A stretch of 64,000 nt of DNA from an uncultured delta proteobacterium (GTDB lineage: Bacteria > Desulfobacterota > Binatia > UBA9968): contig CAVYTU010000017.1 of NCBI GenBank assembly GCA_963771465.1, positions 192,001-256,000 on the forward strand, in the 5' to 3' direction. Positions 1 through 10,193 of this stretch are shown here, one piece after another. How positions within the stretch are numbered: position 1 is the stretch's first letter; each line of letters opens with the position of its first letter. The notes under the pieces were generated by a model. It saw only the letters and a program-made list of their open reading frames with translations, was not told the origin of the DNA and made no database searches. The position numbers and the translations under genes were made by a program.

Positions 1-1
1 T

Positions 2-55
2 CCGGGCGGAGGCTCGATCTTCACGCTCTATCTGCCTCTCGCTTCGGCGCCTTAG
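2..55 (+). CDS. C-terminal end of a sensor histidine kinase (partial, runs off the window start)
   Basis: Frame 2 reads PGGGSIFTLYLPLASAP*, a typical HATPase_c G2-box C-terminus. Confidence 0.6.
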   Translation, partial: PGGGSIFTLYLPLASAP

Positions 56-347
56 CTCTGGTTGCCAACCTTTCAAATTTGTAATTTTCCGGAAAGCTCG
101 CGGCCATGCATTTGCGTTACTTTACCCGGCGAAGCGGCAAATTTTGTCTGGACGGATCGGACTATCGCCTCTCGCCGATAAACAGCCATAAAATTTGGCG
201 CGCGAAATTGCGCGTGATATCAAGGACGGTCGCAGGAAGGTGGACGAATAAGTCGTAGCGCGCGGATGCCTTGCGAAATCGGCAATCGGGCCGCAAGCGA
301 CTTGAAGATCATTACCGGCGATACAATTATAATAGTAGGATAATGCA

Positions 348-1859
348 TTGAAGGAAACCGGCGGCCTGGAAATCCGCGATAAACTGCTGTTCGCTTTGAT
401 TTTCGCGGGCCTGCTGCTGCGTCTGCTGTTGTCGCCGCCGATCTTGCATCGCGGGGAGGCTCGCGAGGGGCTGGTCGTCCAAGAGATCGTGCACAACCAG
501 CAATGGATTTTGCCCTTTCGCAACGGCGAATTGCCTTCTAAGCCGCCGCTTTTTCATTGGATCGCTGCGTCCGCGGCGATGGTTTTTGGCGAGAGTGATT
601 TTATTGTAAGACTGCCGTCGGCAATCGGCGCCGGGCTTATGGTCGTCGTCACTTTCTTGCTGGGCCGAGCCATGGGTGGCCGGCTGACCGGCTGGCTCGC
701 CGTCGGCGCGCTCTTGGGCATCTATCATTTTTGGCATGCGGCGGTGGAAGCCAGGGTGGACATGATCTTTAGCGCTTGTGTCACGGCGGCCATCGCGGGG
801 TTTTATTTTTGGTACCGTGATGGCACTGGCGCCGCGCGCGTTATTTGCTACTTGGCTAGCGTTTGCGCCGTGCTCGCCAAAGGCCCAGTCGGTATTGCGT
901 TGATCGGCTTAGTGATCGTCGGCTTTGTCGCGGTGGAGAAGCAGCCTCGATCGCTTTTGACTTTTTGGTCCTGGCCTTGGATTGGTGTCGCGCTTGTCAT
1001 TATCGCCGGCTGGTACGGCCTCGCTTATTCCATCGGCGGTGAAAAATTTATCGCTTTGCAACTCGGCTATGAAAACGTCGATAGGTTCATCGGCGGTGAC
1101 GCTTTTCCCAGGCACAAAATGTATCTCAGAATGGCGATATGGTTGGTGGATCAGACTCTGCCATGGAATTTGGCCCTACTCTGGTCCGTGCTTCGCTGGC
1201 TGCGCGGCACGCGTGAAAATAGCGATGGGCATCTGCTGCATGTTTGGTGGTTCGCGATCTTTTGCTTTTTCGCCCTCGCCGCCCGGACGCGCCCGGTTTA
1301 TTTATTGCCGATCTTTCCGGCGATCGCGTTGCTCGCCGCGCGCGCGTTGAACGCTTTGATCGCTCACGGTGCCGCTTCCGTTCGCACGGGCCAGGCGCCG
1401 GTAGGTTCGTTTTCATCTGACGCCGCGCCACGCTTCTCGAGCTTAGCCAGGTGGTTCGTCGTCGGCGTTCTGATCAGCGATATAACCGTGGCGCTGGCGA
1501 CCTATTTCAATTTGCAATACGACAAACGTGCCCAGGCGAGATTCGCGTTTGTGAGACAGATTGGCGTGGCGATCGCTGCGAACACATCACTATTTGCCGC
1601 CCCAGATCTCGATGGCGAAGATTTCATCGTCTTGGCCTATCGTTTACGGCGCCAGATCGATCAAAAGCCAATCTATTGCGCGAAGCGGAACGATTATTTT
1701 CTGACGCCAGTCGATCCGAAGGCTGTTTGGGAAGCGCGAGTACTCGCTTCGCTGGACAGCGGCAATACCGCGCTCGTGACTGCGCTTGCCGACGGTCTTC
1801 ACACCTCGACGCAAAACTGCCAAGTTCCTTTATCAACTGCGGGTAACGGAGATAATTAA
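348..1859 (+). CDS. ArnT/GT39 (PMT_2)-family membrane glycosyltransferase
   Basis: 503-aa polytopic ORF with GEAREG...W..P..NG...SKPPLFHW, RLPSA, ARVDM and LAKGPVG motifs. Confidence 0.85.
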   Translation: MKETGGLEIRDKLLFALIFAGLLLRLLLSPPILHRGEAREGLVVQEIVHNQQWILPFRNGELPSKPPLFHWIAASAAMVFGESDFIVRLPSAIGAGLMVVVTFLLGRAMGGRLTGWLAVGALLGIYHFWHAAVEARVDMIFSACVTAAIAGFYFWYRDGTGAARVICYLASVCAVLAKGPVGIALIGLVIVGFVAVEKQPRSLLTFWSWPWIGVALVIIAGWYGLAYSIGGEKFIALQLGYENVDRFIGGDAFPRHKMYLRMAIWLVDQTLPWNLALLWSVLRWLRGTRENSDGHLLHVWWFAIFCFFALAARTRPVYLLPIFPAIALLAARALNALIAHGAASVRTGQAPVGSFSSDAAPRFSSLARWFVVGVLISDITVALATYFNLQYDKRAQARFAFVRQIGVAIAANTSLFAAPDLDGEDFIVLAYRLRRQIDQKPIYCAKRNDYFLTPVDPKAVWEARVLASLDSGNTALVTALADGLHTSTQNCQVPLSTAGNGDN

Positions 1860-3595
1860 TGCAGGCCTCTAACGTACACCTGAACACCACGGTACAGCAA
1901 ACGGGAGGGAGTTTTTGGCTTCATGTTATCTTGCTTCTCGCGCTCTGCGGCGTGCTTTATTTCCCCTATCTCGGCAACGCGCCTTTGTTCGACAGAGGCG
2001 AACCGCGCGAAGCTCTGGCGGTGCAGGACATCGTTCAGCGCGGCGAATGGCTGTTTCCACTCAAGCGGGCAACGGCGATGCCGTCGAAACCGCCACTGTT
2101 TCATTGGTCGGCGGCGCTCACCTATCAAATCACCGGAACCCTGAACGAAGCGACGATTCGTTTTCCGTCGGCGCTTTATGCGACGCTGGGCGTTCTGTTG
2201 ATTTATCTGCTTGGGCGAAAACTGTTCGGCGCTGGGGTCGGTTTGCTCGCGGCGGCGATTCTGGCGACCACGATGATCTATCAAGACCAGGCGCTGAGCG
2301 CGCGCGTCGATATGACGCTGTGCTTTTTCGTCACCGCCAGCCTGGTGTTGTTTTACGCGCTCTATCGCGGCTTCTTAGACAACCGGCTTTGGTATTTTGT
2401 TTTGTACAGCTTGGTCGGACTCGGTACTTTGGCCAAAGGCCCGCTCGGTATTTTGTTGCCGGGATTGGTGATCGCGATTTTTCTCGTGCTTAAAAAGCGT
2501 TGGGATCTGATTGTCAAGTTCGCGTTTCATCCCGGTGTGGTGCTTGCGTTGATCGTCATCATCGGTTGGTATGGTTTGGCGATCACTCGCGGCGGCGAGG
2601 GATTCGTCGATCGCCAGTTGCTCTCTGAAAACGTCAATCGCTTTTTCGGCGGCTCAGGCCATAGCCATCCGGTTTATTACTACATGGGTTATCTTTTCAC
2701 GCTGGCATTGCCGTGGGGGTTGTTCTTGCCATTTTTATTTTGGGATTGTTTTAAAAAAGATTGGCGCGACGATGATGATCGGCTTTTTCCAGCTGGTTTG
2801 GTTCGCGGTCATGTTTGTATTTTTTTCCTTTGCGGATGGCAAGCGTCCGGTCTATCTATTGCCCGTCTATCCCGCGCTGGCTTTGCTGTTGGCGGACTGG
2901 TTTCATCGCCAAGTCGGTAGCATCGGCATCCGGTCAATTTTCTTTCGCTTGCTCGCCGTATTCGCTGCGCTTACTGGTCTGATGCTCCTCTTGATCGTAT
3001 TTGGCGATTTGTGGGGCCGCAATCCTGGCTGGTTTTTTTCTCCCATCGAATCCGCGCTCAAACCCAAGGATCGCGCCAACTTTCTGGTGATCACCCGGCA
3101 ATTGGCCGATTTCGGTTGGAAGTTTGATTCTGCCGTTATGCTCTCGGCGCTGCTTTGGTTTGGCTTGGGCTATTGCTTATGGACGGGCCGCCTGCGCGCA
3201 GCGGCGCACCAGCTAGTGATCCAAGCCATCGTCATGCGGATTCGTCAGCAACGGTTTGGTTATTCCGCAGATCGCCGCGACCAAGAGTTATCGCGAGTTC
3301 ATGATCGAGGTAAATCGACATGTCGGACCGCAAGAGAGGCTTATCCTTTACGGCCCTTTCAATAGCGATGCGGTGATTTTCTATCGCGGACAGCCTATCG
3401 AGATGGATGGCCGATCGATTGCGGCCGTTGCTGCGAGTCTCACGCCTGGACCCGGCGCTATCATTATGATGGAGCAGACGTGGCAGGAAATTCACAAGCT
3501 CAATGCTCAAGTGCCGGCGCCGCTCGTGCGCAGCGTGGGCAAGGGCCCGGAGGGCGTATGCGCCGCTGGTGCTGGTGGCGGCAAAAATTTCTTAG
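1859..3595 (+). pseudogene. Second ArnT/GT39-family glycosyltransferase, split by about 3 frameshifts (pseudogene or sequencing error)
   Basis: ORFs 1859-2920, 2571-3365 and 3256-3768 join into one paralog (GEPREA, SKPPLFHW, ARVDM, LAKGPLG, KRPVYLLPVYPALALL); shifts near 2785, 3235 and 3556; likely stop TAG at 3593-3595. Confidence 0.75.
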
Positions 3596-3599
3596 CGGG

Positions 3600-3725
3600 T
3601 TATTTGAAAGCCCCTTTCTTTTCCAGCTCCCGCAGCGCGCGCAGGTCGACGAAGTCCTCGAACTTCAGGCCTTCGCTTTCGCTTCCTTGGCGAGCTTACG
3701 AGCACGGTTTGAATACCGCCCGGCG
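3600..3725 (-). pseudogene. Degraded remnant of an NMT1/SsuA-type ABC substrate-binding protein C-terminus
   Basis: Across three frames the minus strand reads GIQTVL / KLAKEAKA / EGLKFEDFVDLRALRELEKKGAFK*, resembling the C-terminal helix of such SBPs. Confidence 0.4.
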
Positions 3726-3826
3726 GTTGACCGCAACGGCAGCGGCGCGCGCTTGGGTCGGATCATAACTCTTGCGACAGTGCAGGTCGGGTGTTACATC
3801 ATGCTGTCGATGCAAAGGAGAGAGCT

Positions 3827-4756
3827 ATGGACCTGAATCGCCGTACTTTGATCAAGGCCGGAGTAGTCGCTGGAGCTTCGTTGTTACTACCGCCGTCCGA
3901 TCTATTCGCTCAGACACAACCGCTGATCCGGAAAAAAATTCCTTCCTCCGGCGAGACCATTCCGATCATTGGCATCGGCACGGCGCGCCGTTATGAGGAA
4001 GTCAAAAACGACGCTGAGAAAGTGCCGCTGCGGGAAACCATTAAAGAATTCCAGGCGCTCGGCGGCACGGTGATCGATAGCTCGCCGTCGTATGGCACCG
4101 CGGAAGCTGTGGTCGGTGAATTGGTCGATGGGCTCAAAATCCGCGACTCGCTGTTTCTCGCGACAAAAGTGAGCTTGCGCAAAGTCGTCGGACGGGACGA
4201 AGGCCTCAAGCAGATCGAAGCATCGTTCAAAAAATACCGCACCAACAAGCTCGATCTGATCGCGGTGCACAACCTGCTCGACACCGATACCCAGCTCAAG
4301 ACCCTGCGCGAGATGAAAGCGGCAGGCCGCATTCGCTATGTCGGCATGACGACTTCATTCGATAATCAGTATGGCGAGTTCGAACAGGTGATGAAGAAAG
4401 AGAGCCTCGACTTCATTCAGGTCGATTACGCGCTCGATAATCGCGACGCCGGCGACCGCATTATTCCATTGGCGCCGGATCGCGGCATGGCGGTGATGAT
4501 CAACTTGCCGTTCGGACGCGGCCGCCTTTTTAACGCCGTGCAGGGTAAGAAGTTGCCGGAGTGGGCGAGCGAGTTCGATTGTGCGACCTGGGCGCAATTC
4601 TTTTTGAAATACATCGTCTCTCATCCAGCCATCACCTGTGCCGTACCGGGCATGGCGCGTCCTGAGTACGTCGTCGACAATCTCGGCGCAGCGCGTGGAC
4701 GCTTGCCCGATACGGCAATGCGTAAACGCATGGAGCAGTTCATCGACAACGTTTGA
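3827..4756 (+). CDS. Aldo/keto reductase with Tat signal peptide
   Basis: MDLNRRTLIK twin-arginine leader, RBS AAGGAG, IGIGT, IDSSPSYG.AE, ATK, LDLIAVHN motifs. Confidence 0.9.
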   Translation: MDLNRRTLIKAGVVAGASLLLPPSDLFAQTQPLIRKKIPSSGETIPIIGIGTARRYEEVKNDAEKVPLRETIKEFQALGGTVIDSSPSYGTAEAVVGELVDGLKIRDSLFLATKVSLRKVVGRDEGLKQIEASFKKYRTNKLDLIAVHNLLDTDTQLKTLREMKAAGRIRYVGMTTSFDNQYGEFEQVMKKESLDFIQVDYALDNRDAGDRIIPLAPDRGMAVMINLPFGRGRLFNAVQGKKLPEWASEFDCATWAQFFLKYIVSHPAITCAVPGMARPEYVVDNLGAARGRLPDTAMRKRMEQFIDNV

Positions 4757-4783
4757 GGAGTTAGGTTCAGTGGTGAGGAGTCA

Positions 4784-6097
4784 GTGACGGAAACTGGCGC
4801 GGCGGCAAGCGGCGGAGCTTTTCATCGAGTTCTATCGCGTGTGATCGATGTGCAGCCGGCTGAGATGCGGGTGCTCGGGTGGTCGTGGCTTTATATTTTC
4901 TCGGTGCTTTTCTCCTATTACATTCTTCGGCCGATTCGTGATGAAATGGGTGTGGCCGGCGGCGTGGAGAATCTCCAGTGGCTTTTCACCGGGACGCTGC
5001 TCGGCATGATCGCGGTCAATCCGCCCTTTGCGGCGCTGGTGGCACGGCTGCCGCGGGTAAAGTTTATCGCCTGGACGTATCGATTCTTTGCGCTCAATCT
5101 GTTGATCTTTGTTGTGCTGCTGCAAGCCTCATCGGCCGAACAACATATCTGGATCGGCCGCGTGTTCTTTATCTGGGCGTCGGTTTTTAATCTGTTCGTC
5201 GTCTCAGTGTTCTGGGCGTTGATGGTCGATGTTTTCAACACCGAGCAAAGCAAGCGGTTGTTTGGTTTTATCGCCGCCGGCGCGACCCTCGGCGGCATCG
5301 TCGGCTCCAGCGTAACGGCGGCTTTCGCCAAGCAAGTGCCGGCGGCTTATTTGCTGCTGGGCTCGGTGCTGCTGCTGGAAGCCGCGGTGTTCTGTGTAAG
5401 GCGATTGTCAGAATTATCCGCAGCACTCCATCGAACGCCCGGCGCGGCGCGGGACGGAGAACCCATCGGCGGGTCGATTCTAAACGGCCTGGCGCATGCG
5501 TTTAAGTCGCCCTATCTGATCAACGTAAGTTTCTTTCTGCTCTTGTTCGCCATCACGTCGACGTTTCTTTATTTTCAGCAGGCCGAAATCGCCAGAAAAT
5601 CTTTCGCCGACCGCGGCGCGCGCACGGCATTTTTCGCTCAAGTGGATCTATGGGTGAATGTGCTGACCTTGGGCGCCCAACTGTTTTTCACCGGGCGTAC
5701 TATCAAATGGATCGGAGTTGGGCTGACGTTGGCAATCCTGCCGCTGATGAGTATTGCCGGTTTTGCGGCGCTGGCTTGGACGCCGACGATCGTCGCGCTG
5801 GTCGCTTTCCAAGTAGCGCGGCGCGCCGGCAATTTTGCTTTCGCCAGACCGACCCGCGAGGTGCTGTTCACCGTCGTGCCGCGGGAGGACAAGTACAAAG
5901 CCAAGAGTTTTATCGATACGGTGGTTTACCGGCTCGGCGATCAAGTCGGTGCGTGGTCATACGCGGGCCTCGGCGCGATCGGATTGGCGATGACGGGAAT
6001 CTCGCTGGTGGCTGTACCGATTTCGATAGCGTGGCTGGTCAATAGTTTGTGGCTCGGCAAAAGGCAAAAAGGACTTGAGGCGGGGTTGGCGTCTTAG
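4784..6097 (+). CDS. MFS transporter, ATP:ADP antiporter (AAA/NTT-like) family
   Basis: SYYILRPIRDEMG, FNLFVVSVFW, KRLFGFIAAG and REVLFTVV.REDKYKAKSFIDT motifs. Confidence 0.85.
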   Translation: MTETGAAASGGAFHRVLSRVIDVQPAEMRVLGWSWLYIFSVLFSYYILRPIRDEMGVAGGVENLQWLFTGTLLGMIAVNPPFAALVARLPRVKFIAWTYRFFALNLLIFVVLLQASSAEQHIWIGRVFFIWASVFNLFVVSVFWALMVDVFNTEQSKRLFGFIAAGATLGGIVGSSVTAAFAKQVPAAYLLLGSVLLLEAAVFCVRRLSELSAALHRTPGAARDGEPIGGSILNGLAHAFKSPYLINVSFFLLLFAITSTFLYFQQAEIARKSFADRGARTAFFAQVDLWVNVLTLGAQLFFTGRTIKWIGVGLTLAILPLMSIAGFAALAWTPTIVALVAFQVARRAGNFAFARPTREVLFTVVPREDKYKAKSFIDTVVYRLGDQVGAWSYAGLGAIGLAMTGISLVAVPISIAWLVNSLWLGKRQKGLEAGLAS

Positions 6098-6170
6098 AGA
6101 TTGACGAGAGTATGAGTTTTCTCGTCGACCCTTTCTTGGGTAGACACGAATTTTACCGCTCTTTTTACCG

Positions 6171-6707
6171 CTAACTTTTCGCCGCGGTCAGATCGATATC
6201 GATGTTCTCTTCTCGCTGAATCTCCGCAAAGCGTTCGCGCAGTTGATTGACATTCGTTCTCGTCGGCACGGCCAAGTTGGCTTCGAGTTGAAAAATCGGC
6301 GTGCCGCTGATCGGCGCGGCGTAGGTTTTGGTCTCCATCGATTCGATATTGACGCCCATGCTGCTCAGCACGTTGCTGATACGGTAGACGATCCCGGGAT
6401 GATCCATGCATGAGGCTGTCAGCTTGTAGGGTAGGAATGATTGCGCGGCTTCGCGAACAGCCGGTATCTTGGTGGAGATCGTCAGGCCGGTCTCGACTTC
6501 GATTTGCCGATAGTCGCTGGCGATCTTTTTTAGCTTGCCACTGTCGCCGCTGATCAGAACGATGACGGCGAATTCGCCGCAAAACACCGCCATCTTACTG
6601 TCCTCGATGTTGCAGCCGTGGCGCGCGATGAATTCAGCGATTTTTTCCACCAATCCAACGCGGTCTGGTCCGACCGCGGTCATGATTAAGTGATTCGTAT
6701 CGGCCAT
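6171..6707 (-). CDS. GcvR-like double ACT-domain protein (glycine cleavage regulator family)
   Basis: TAVGPDRVGLV...GCNIEDSKM and MDHPGIVYRIS..L...GVNI ACT motifs. Confidence 0.8.
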   Translation of the reverse strand: MADTNHLIMTAVGPDRVGLVEKIAEFIARHGCNIEDSKMAVFCGEFAVIVLISGDSGKLKKIASDYRQIEVETGLTISTKIPAVREAAQSFLPYKLTASCMDHPGIVYRISNVLSSMGVNIESMETKTYAAPISGTPIFQLEANLAVPTRTNVNQLRERFAEIQREENIDIDLTAAKS

Positions 6708-6727
6708 GGCTTCAAACTAATGAATTT

Positions 6728-6763
6728 GTTCAAACAGTTCAAATCGTTCAAGCCGTTCAAATC
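6728..6763. repeat. Four tandem 9-bp GTTCAAnnn repeats
   Basis: gttcaaaca gttcaaatc gttcaagcc gttcaaatc. Confidence 0.75.
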
Positions 6764-6807
6764 GTCGGATCGGCTGGACTCAGAGAACCCAACACTTCAC
6801 TACTCCA

Positions 6808-8107
6808 TCACTCCAGGTTCTGAAAAAAACCATCCATGATCGCGTCGTGCCAGAGTTTGGCTACCGACGGGACGATACCCAGCGGCAGTTTTTCGTCTGT
6901 CCAACCCCAAGAATGAATCCCGGCGCCGAGTGAAACCGCGCGCACTTTCGGCGCGGGATTCATTTTAGCGAATAGCGGCTGGGAGCGTTCGCACCGTCCA
7001 AGCGTGACGGTGTCGTCGTTGACGCCGTGGATGGAGAGAAAGTTGGGCACCGGCTTTACCCCGGGGCCGGAGAGTTCTCTGGTATAGCCGAGATAGCGTT
7101 GTACCAGTTCGTCACTTTCCCGGTGCGACAATTTCAACCGGGTTGCCGCAGCGCGCGCGGCGGCTTGAAGCGCGCTGGTCGAATTTTTGTGGATAAAATC
7201 CTCGGCTTTGAAATTGGGCCGTTTCTTGGCGCTCTCCCAACGTTCGAAAGTGAGCTCGATCAGCATCGGCAACCCGATGCCTTTATCTTTCATGCCTTCG
7301 TACATGTAGCGCGCCGTGTCGCGCCAGGTGCGTAGCCGCAATTGATTGAATGGAAACTCCCAGTCGTCGCCGCTGATCAATGGATACATCCAGCCAAACG
7401 GCGAACTGCCCCAGCCGACCAGGCCGGCGATATTGGCCACCCGCTGTGACGCCATCATGGCGAACGGACCGCCGGTGGAGTGGCCGTGCATGTAAACGGA
7501 AAATTCGCCGTCGGGAAATTGTCGACGTGCACTTTCTCTCACCGCTTGCTCGAAGGCTACCGGCCAAGCAGCCATGCGATGATAAAATTCCGTGCCTTCT
7601 TTGGCGGCGAGTGACACCAACGTGCCGTAGTTCTCGCGCTTCGACGTGTCCTTGACGACGGTGTATTGATCCTTGGTGATTTTCGTTTCCTTAGCCCAAA
7701 GTGGTGTGCGCGCTGAGCCGTCAGGATTTTCGACATCGTCGGGCCAGTCGCGGTTGGCATCGTGGAAATAATAGCGCCCCGGAAAAGTCAGGGTGGCGAC
7801 TTTGATGGCGTATTTTGCCTGCCAGCGTGCGGGCAACACGCTGGACGGATTTGAAGTCCGACACGCCGCCGTGGAGCAAGAAGATGCCGACTTTCTTGCC
7901 ATCGGGGCCGGTTGGGATACTGCTTCGATCGCTCGGTTGGTAGCTCACCACACCGATATCCCAGTCCATCTCGAGCTCGTGAAGGCGAAATACATCTTCG
8001 TCTTCATCGATGGACATATCCTGCAAGGCGATAACCTCGGCATTGAGCCTGAGCACATCTTCAAATGAAACAACTGCCGGCGGTTCCCAGGATGATTTAA
8101 CGGCCAT
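6808..8107 (-). CDS. Uncharacterised alpha/beta-hydrolase-fold protein (one frameshift near 7815)
   Basis: ORFs 7721-8125 (LLHGG oxyanion motif) and 6808-7902 (GHSTGG nucleophile elbow, HGVNDD, GIHSW) join at a 4-base homopolymer. Confidence 0.7.
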
Positions 8108-8164
8108 GAGTGCAATTTCTTCCAATCGAGCAGTTGAGCTTGTGATGAGCGGCCATTTTCACAA

Positions 8165-10063
8165 TCACCGCGATTCAACCAAGGCTTCATGCAGTACCCG
8201 GCCGGCGGCGTCTTTGGGCTTCGGTAAATTCAACAGCCACGCTAGCGTCGGCGCGAAGTCGATGATCCGGACATTCGCTAGTTTGATTCCGGCGCGGATG
8301 CCGGGGCCGTTGAGCAGCATAATGGTGCGCATCGACGGTTGCTCCGGGTTGGCGCCGTGGTTGCCGTAGGGTTCCGCGTCGCTGATCAATGGGCTGCCGG
8401 TTAAGCGTGGATCGAAGTCATAGCCGTTTACCAATTCGACATAAATATCGCCGCCGACTTCACCGCCGATGCCTTTAGCCTCGCCGGCGATCTCGGCATC
8501 GAAGATCGCCGTAACGATCGGCCGGTCGCCGTCGCGCAACGCGAGCAGCGCGGCGCGAACTTTACCGACGAGCTCCGAACGCTCGGCGCGCGGCACGATG
8601 CCACTTTTGCGATCGGTGGAATTGATCAGCAGGTAGCCGTTATTGACCGCCGGATAGAGAACCTTAGTCTTGCTCAGATCGACGCGCCCTTGCCCGTCAA
8701 GGACGAGCATCTCGGCTTGTTGCAGCGCATCATTGAGGGCGACACGTTTATGCATTCCCTGGAGCCCGTGGTCGGAAATCAGCGCGACGAGCGATTGGTC
8801 GGGACGTTTGGCCAGTAGCAGACCGAGATGTTCGTCGCAAGAACGATAGACGCGTTCGAGCAGCGGTCTGAGTTTGTCGGCGATCTCCTGACGATAGGTT
8901 GGCAGGGTGGGATCGAGATGACCGCGCCAAGCGTGCTCGGCTTCATCGGGAAATGGCGTGTAGGCGAGATAAATATCCCAGGGCAAATTCTCAATCGCCC
9001 AGCGATTGGTTTCCATCAACTGATGCTGAGCAAAGAGTAGGGTTTCCAGATAACGCGCCTCGGCGCCGCCGCCACCGCCGTTGGCGAGGGGTCGTCCAAA
9101 GGCGCCGTTCTGGTAGAGAATGCTGGCGCCGTTGCCGATGAATGTGCGCACCGTAGAGCTGGCTAATAAGTCTGCGGGCAAATCCAATTGGCGCGTTGGC
9201 CGCGTGTAGTAGAGGAAGAAGTCGCTGCCGTCGGTTTTGAGATCGAAGAGGCGAAAATAACTTCGAGCTTCCTGGCCGCCGCTCTTGACGTCCAGCGGCG
9301 CACTCCAAAACAGTTCGCTGCCGGGACCTGGATTGGCGGGTTTCAATCGCGCTGTTACATGCTTGCCGTCGCGGCTGGTGCTGATTAGCAGGGTGTCGTA
9401 GCCAAATTGCAGGTCTTCCGGGTCGTCGATCAGCAAGCCGGAAAAATTCGTATCGCCGACGGTAAACGCGACTTCGATGGGAGTGGTATCGCTGGCCGGC
9501 GGATTTTCCCAAGGCGCCGCCGTCTCTGGCTGAATCGCGCGTTTGGTGACAATGCCGTCGCGGCCGGCGATCATATTGTAACCGGAAAAGCGCGCGACAT
9601 GTTCGGCGCGCTCCTCGGCAAAGGATGGGATATGCGAAACCACCGACTTCCTGCCCGCCCGCTCCGCCGTAGCCCAAATCGCTTCGGCGCGGAGAGGCGC
9701 GCCGGAAAAGCCGGGGAGGCTTTCCAAAATCGTATACTCGGCGCGCGGCGCGCGCGGCACGCGGTTGCCGCTGATGCCGGTAATCCGTGGCGGCGCGCCG
9801 GTCATTAGAGAGGCGAAGCCGGTCGCGGTCTTCGATGGAAAGCCGGCCATGACGTCGTCGGCAAACGCGCCGCCTTCGATAAGCTTGGCTAGGTTCGGCA
9901 ATTTCCCTTGCTTCAAAAGCTCGTCGACGAACGACGGCACGGTACCATCCCAGGCGAGCACGATGGCTTTTTGTGCACTTTGGCCGTGCGCCAGAGCTGG
10001 CAATAACGGCACGAGAAGTAAAATGCACAATAGCCGGCGAGTTGCGTGAAGTAGGCGGTTCAT
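8165..10063 (-). CDS. Secreted alkaline-phosphatase-superfamily nucleotide pyrophosphatase/phosphodiesterase
   Basis: Signal peptide; LAWDG, FPSKT, DEAEH, ISDHG, GNHG and IIDFAPT motifs. Confidence 0.85.
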   Translation of the reverse strand: MNRLLHATRRLLCILLLVPLLPALAHGQSAQKAIVLAWDGTVPSFVDELLKQGKLPNLAKLIEGGAFADDVMAGFPSKTATGFASLMTGAPPRITGISGNRVPRAPRAEYTILESLPGFSGAPLRAEAIWATAERAGRKSVVSHIPSFAEERAEHVARFSGYNMIAGRDGIVTKRAIQPETAAPWENPPASDTTPIEVAFTVGDTNFSGLLIDDPEDLQFGYDTLLISTSRDGKHVTARLKPANPGPGSELFWSAPLDVKSGGQEARSYFRLFDLKTDGSDFFLYYTRPTRQLDLPADLLASSTVRTFIGNGASILYQNGAFGRPLANGGGGGAEARYLETLLFAQHQLMETNRWAIENLPWDIYLAYTPFPDEAEHAWRGHLDPTLPTYRQEIADKLRPLLERVYRSCDEHLGLLLAKRPDQSLVALISDHGLQGMHKRVALNDALQQAEMLVLDGQGRVDLSKTKVLYPAVNNGYLLINSTDRKSGIVPRAERSELVGKVRAALLALRDGDRPIVTAIFDAEIAGEAKGIGGEVGGDIYVELVNGYDFDPRLTGSPLISDAEPYGNHGANPEQPSMRTIMLLNGPGIRAGIKLANVRIIDFAPTLAWLLNLPKPKDAAGRVLHEALVESR

Positions 10064-10193
10064 TTTGTCAGAGGGTATCCCTGAGATTAACGATGGCACA
10101 TCGAGCTGTCAACGCATAGCGGACCTGAGCAGGAATTGTTATACAGACTCACTGGAATTCGATAGGCAGTTTCCAACTGCCGGAGGACGCTGG

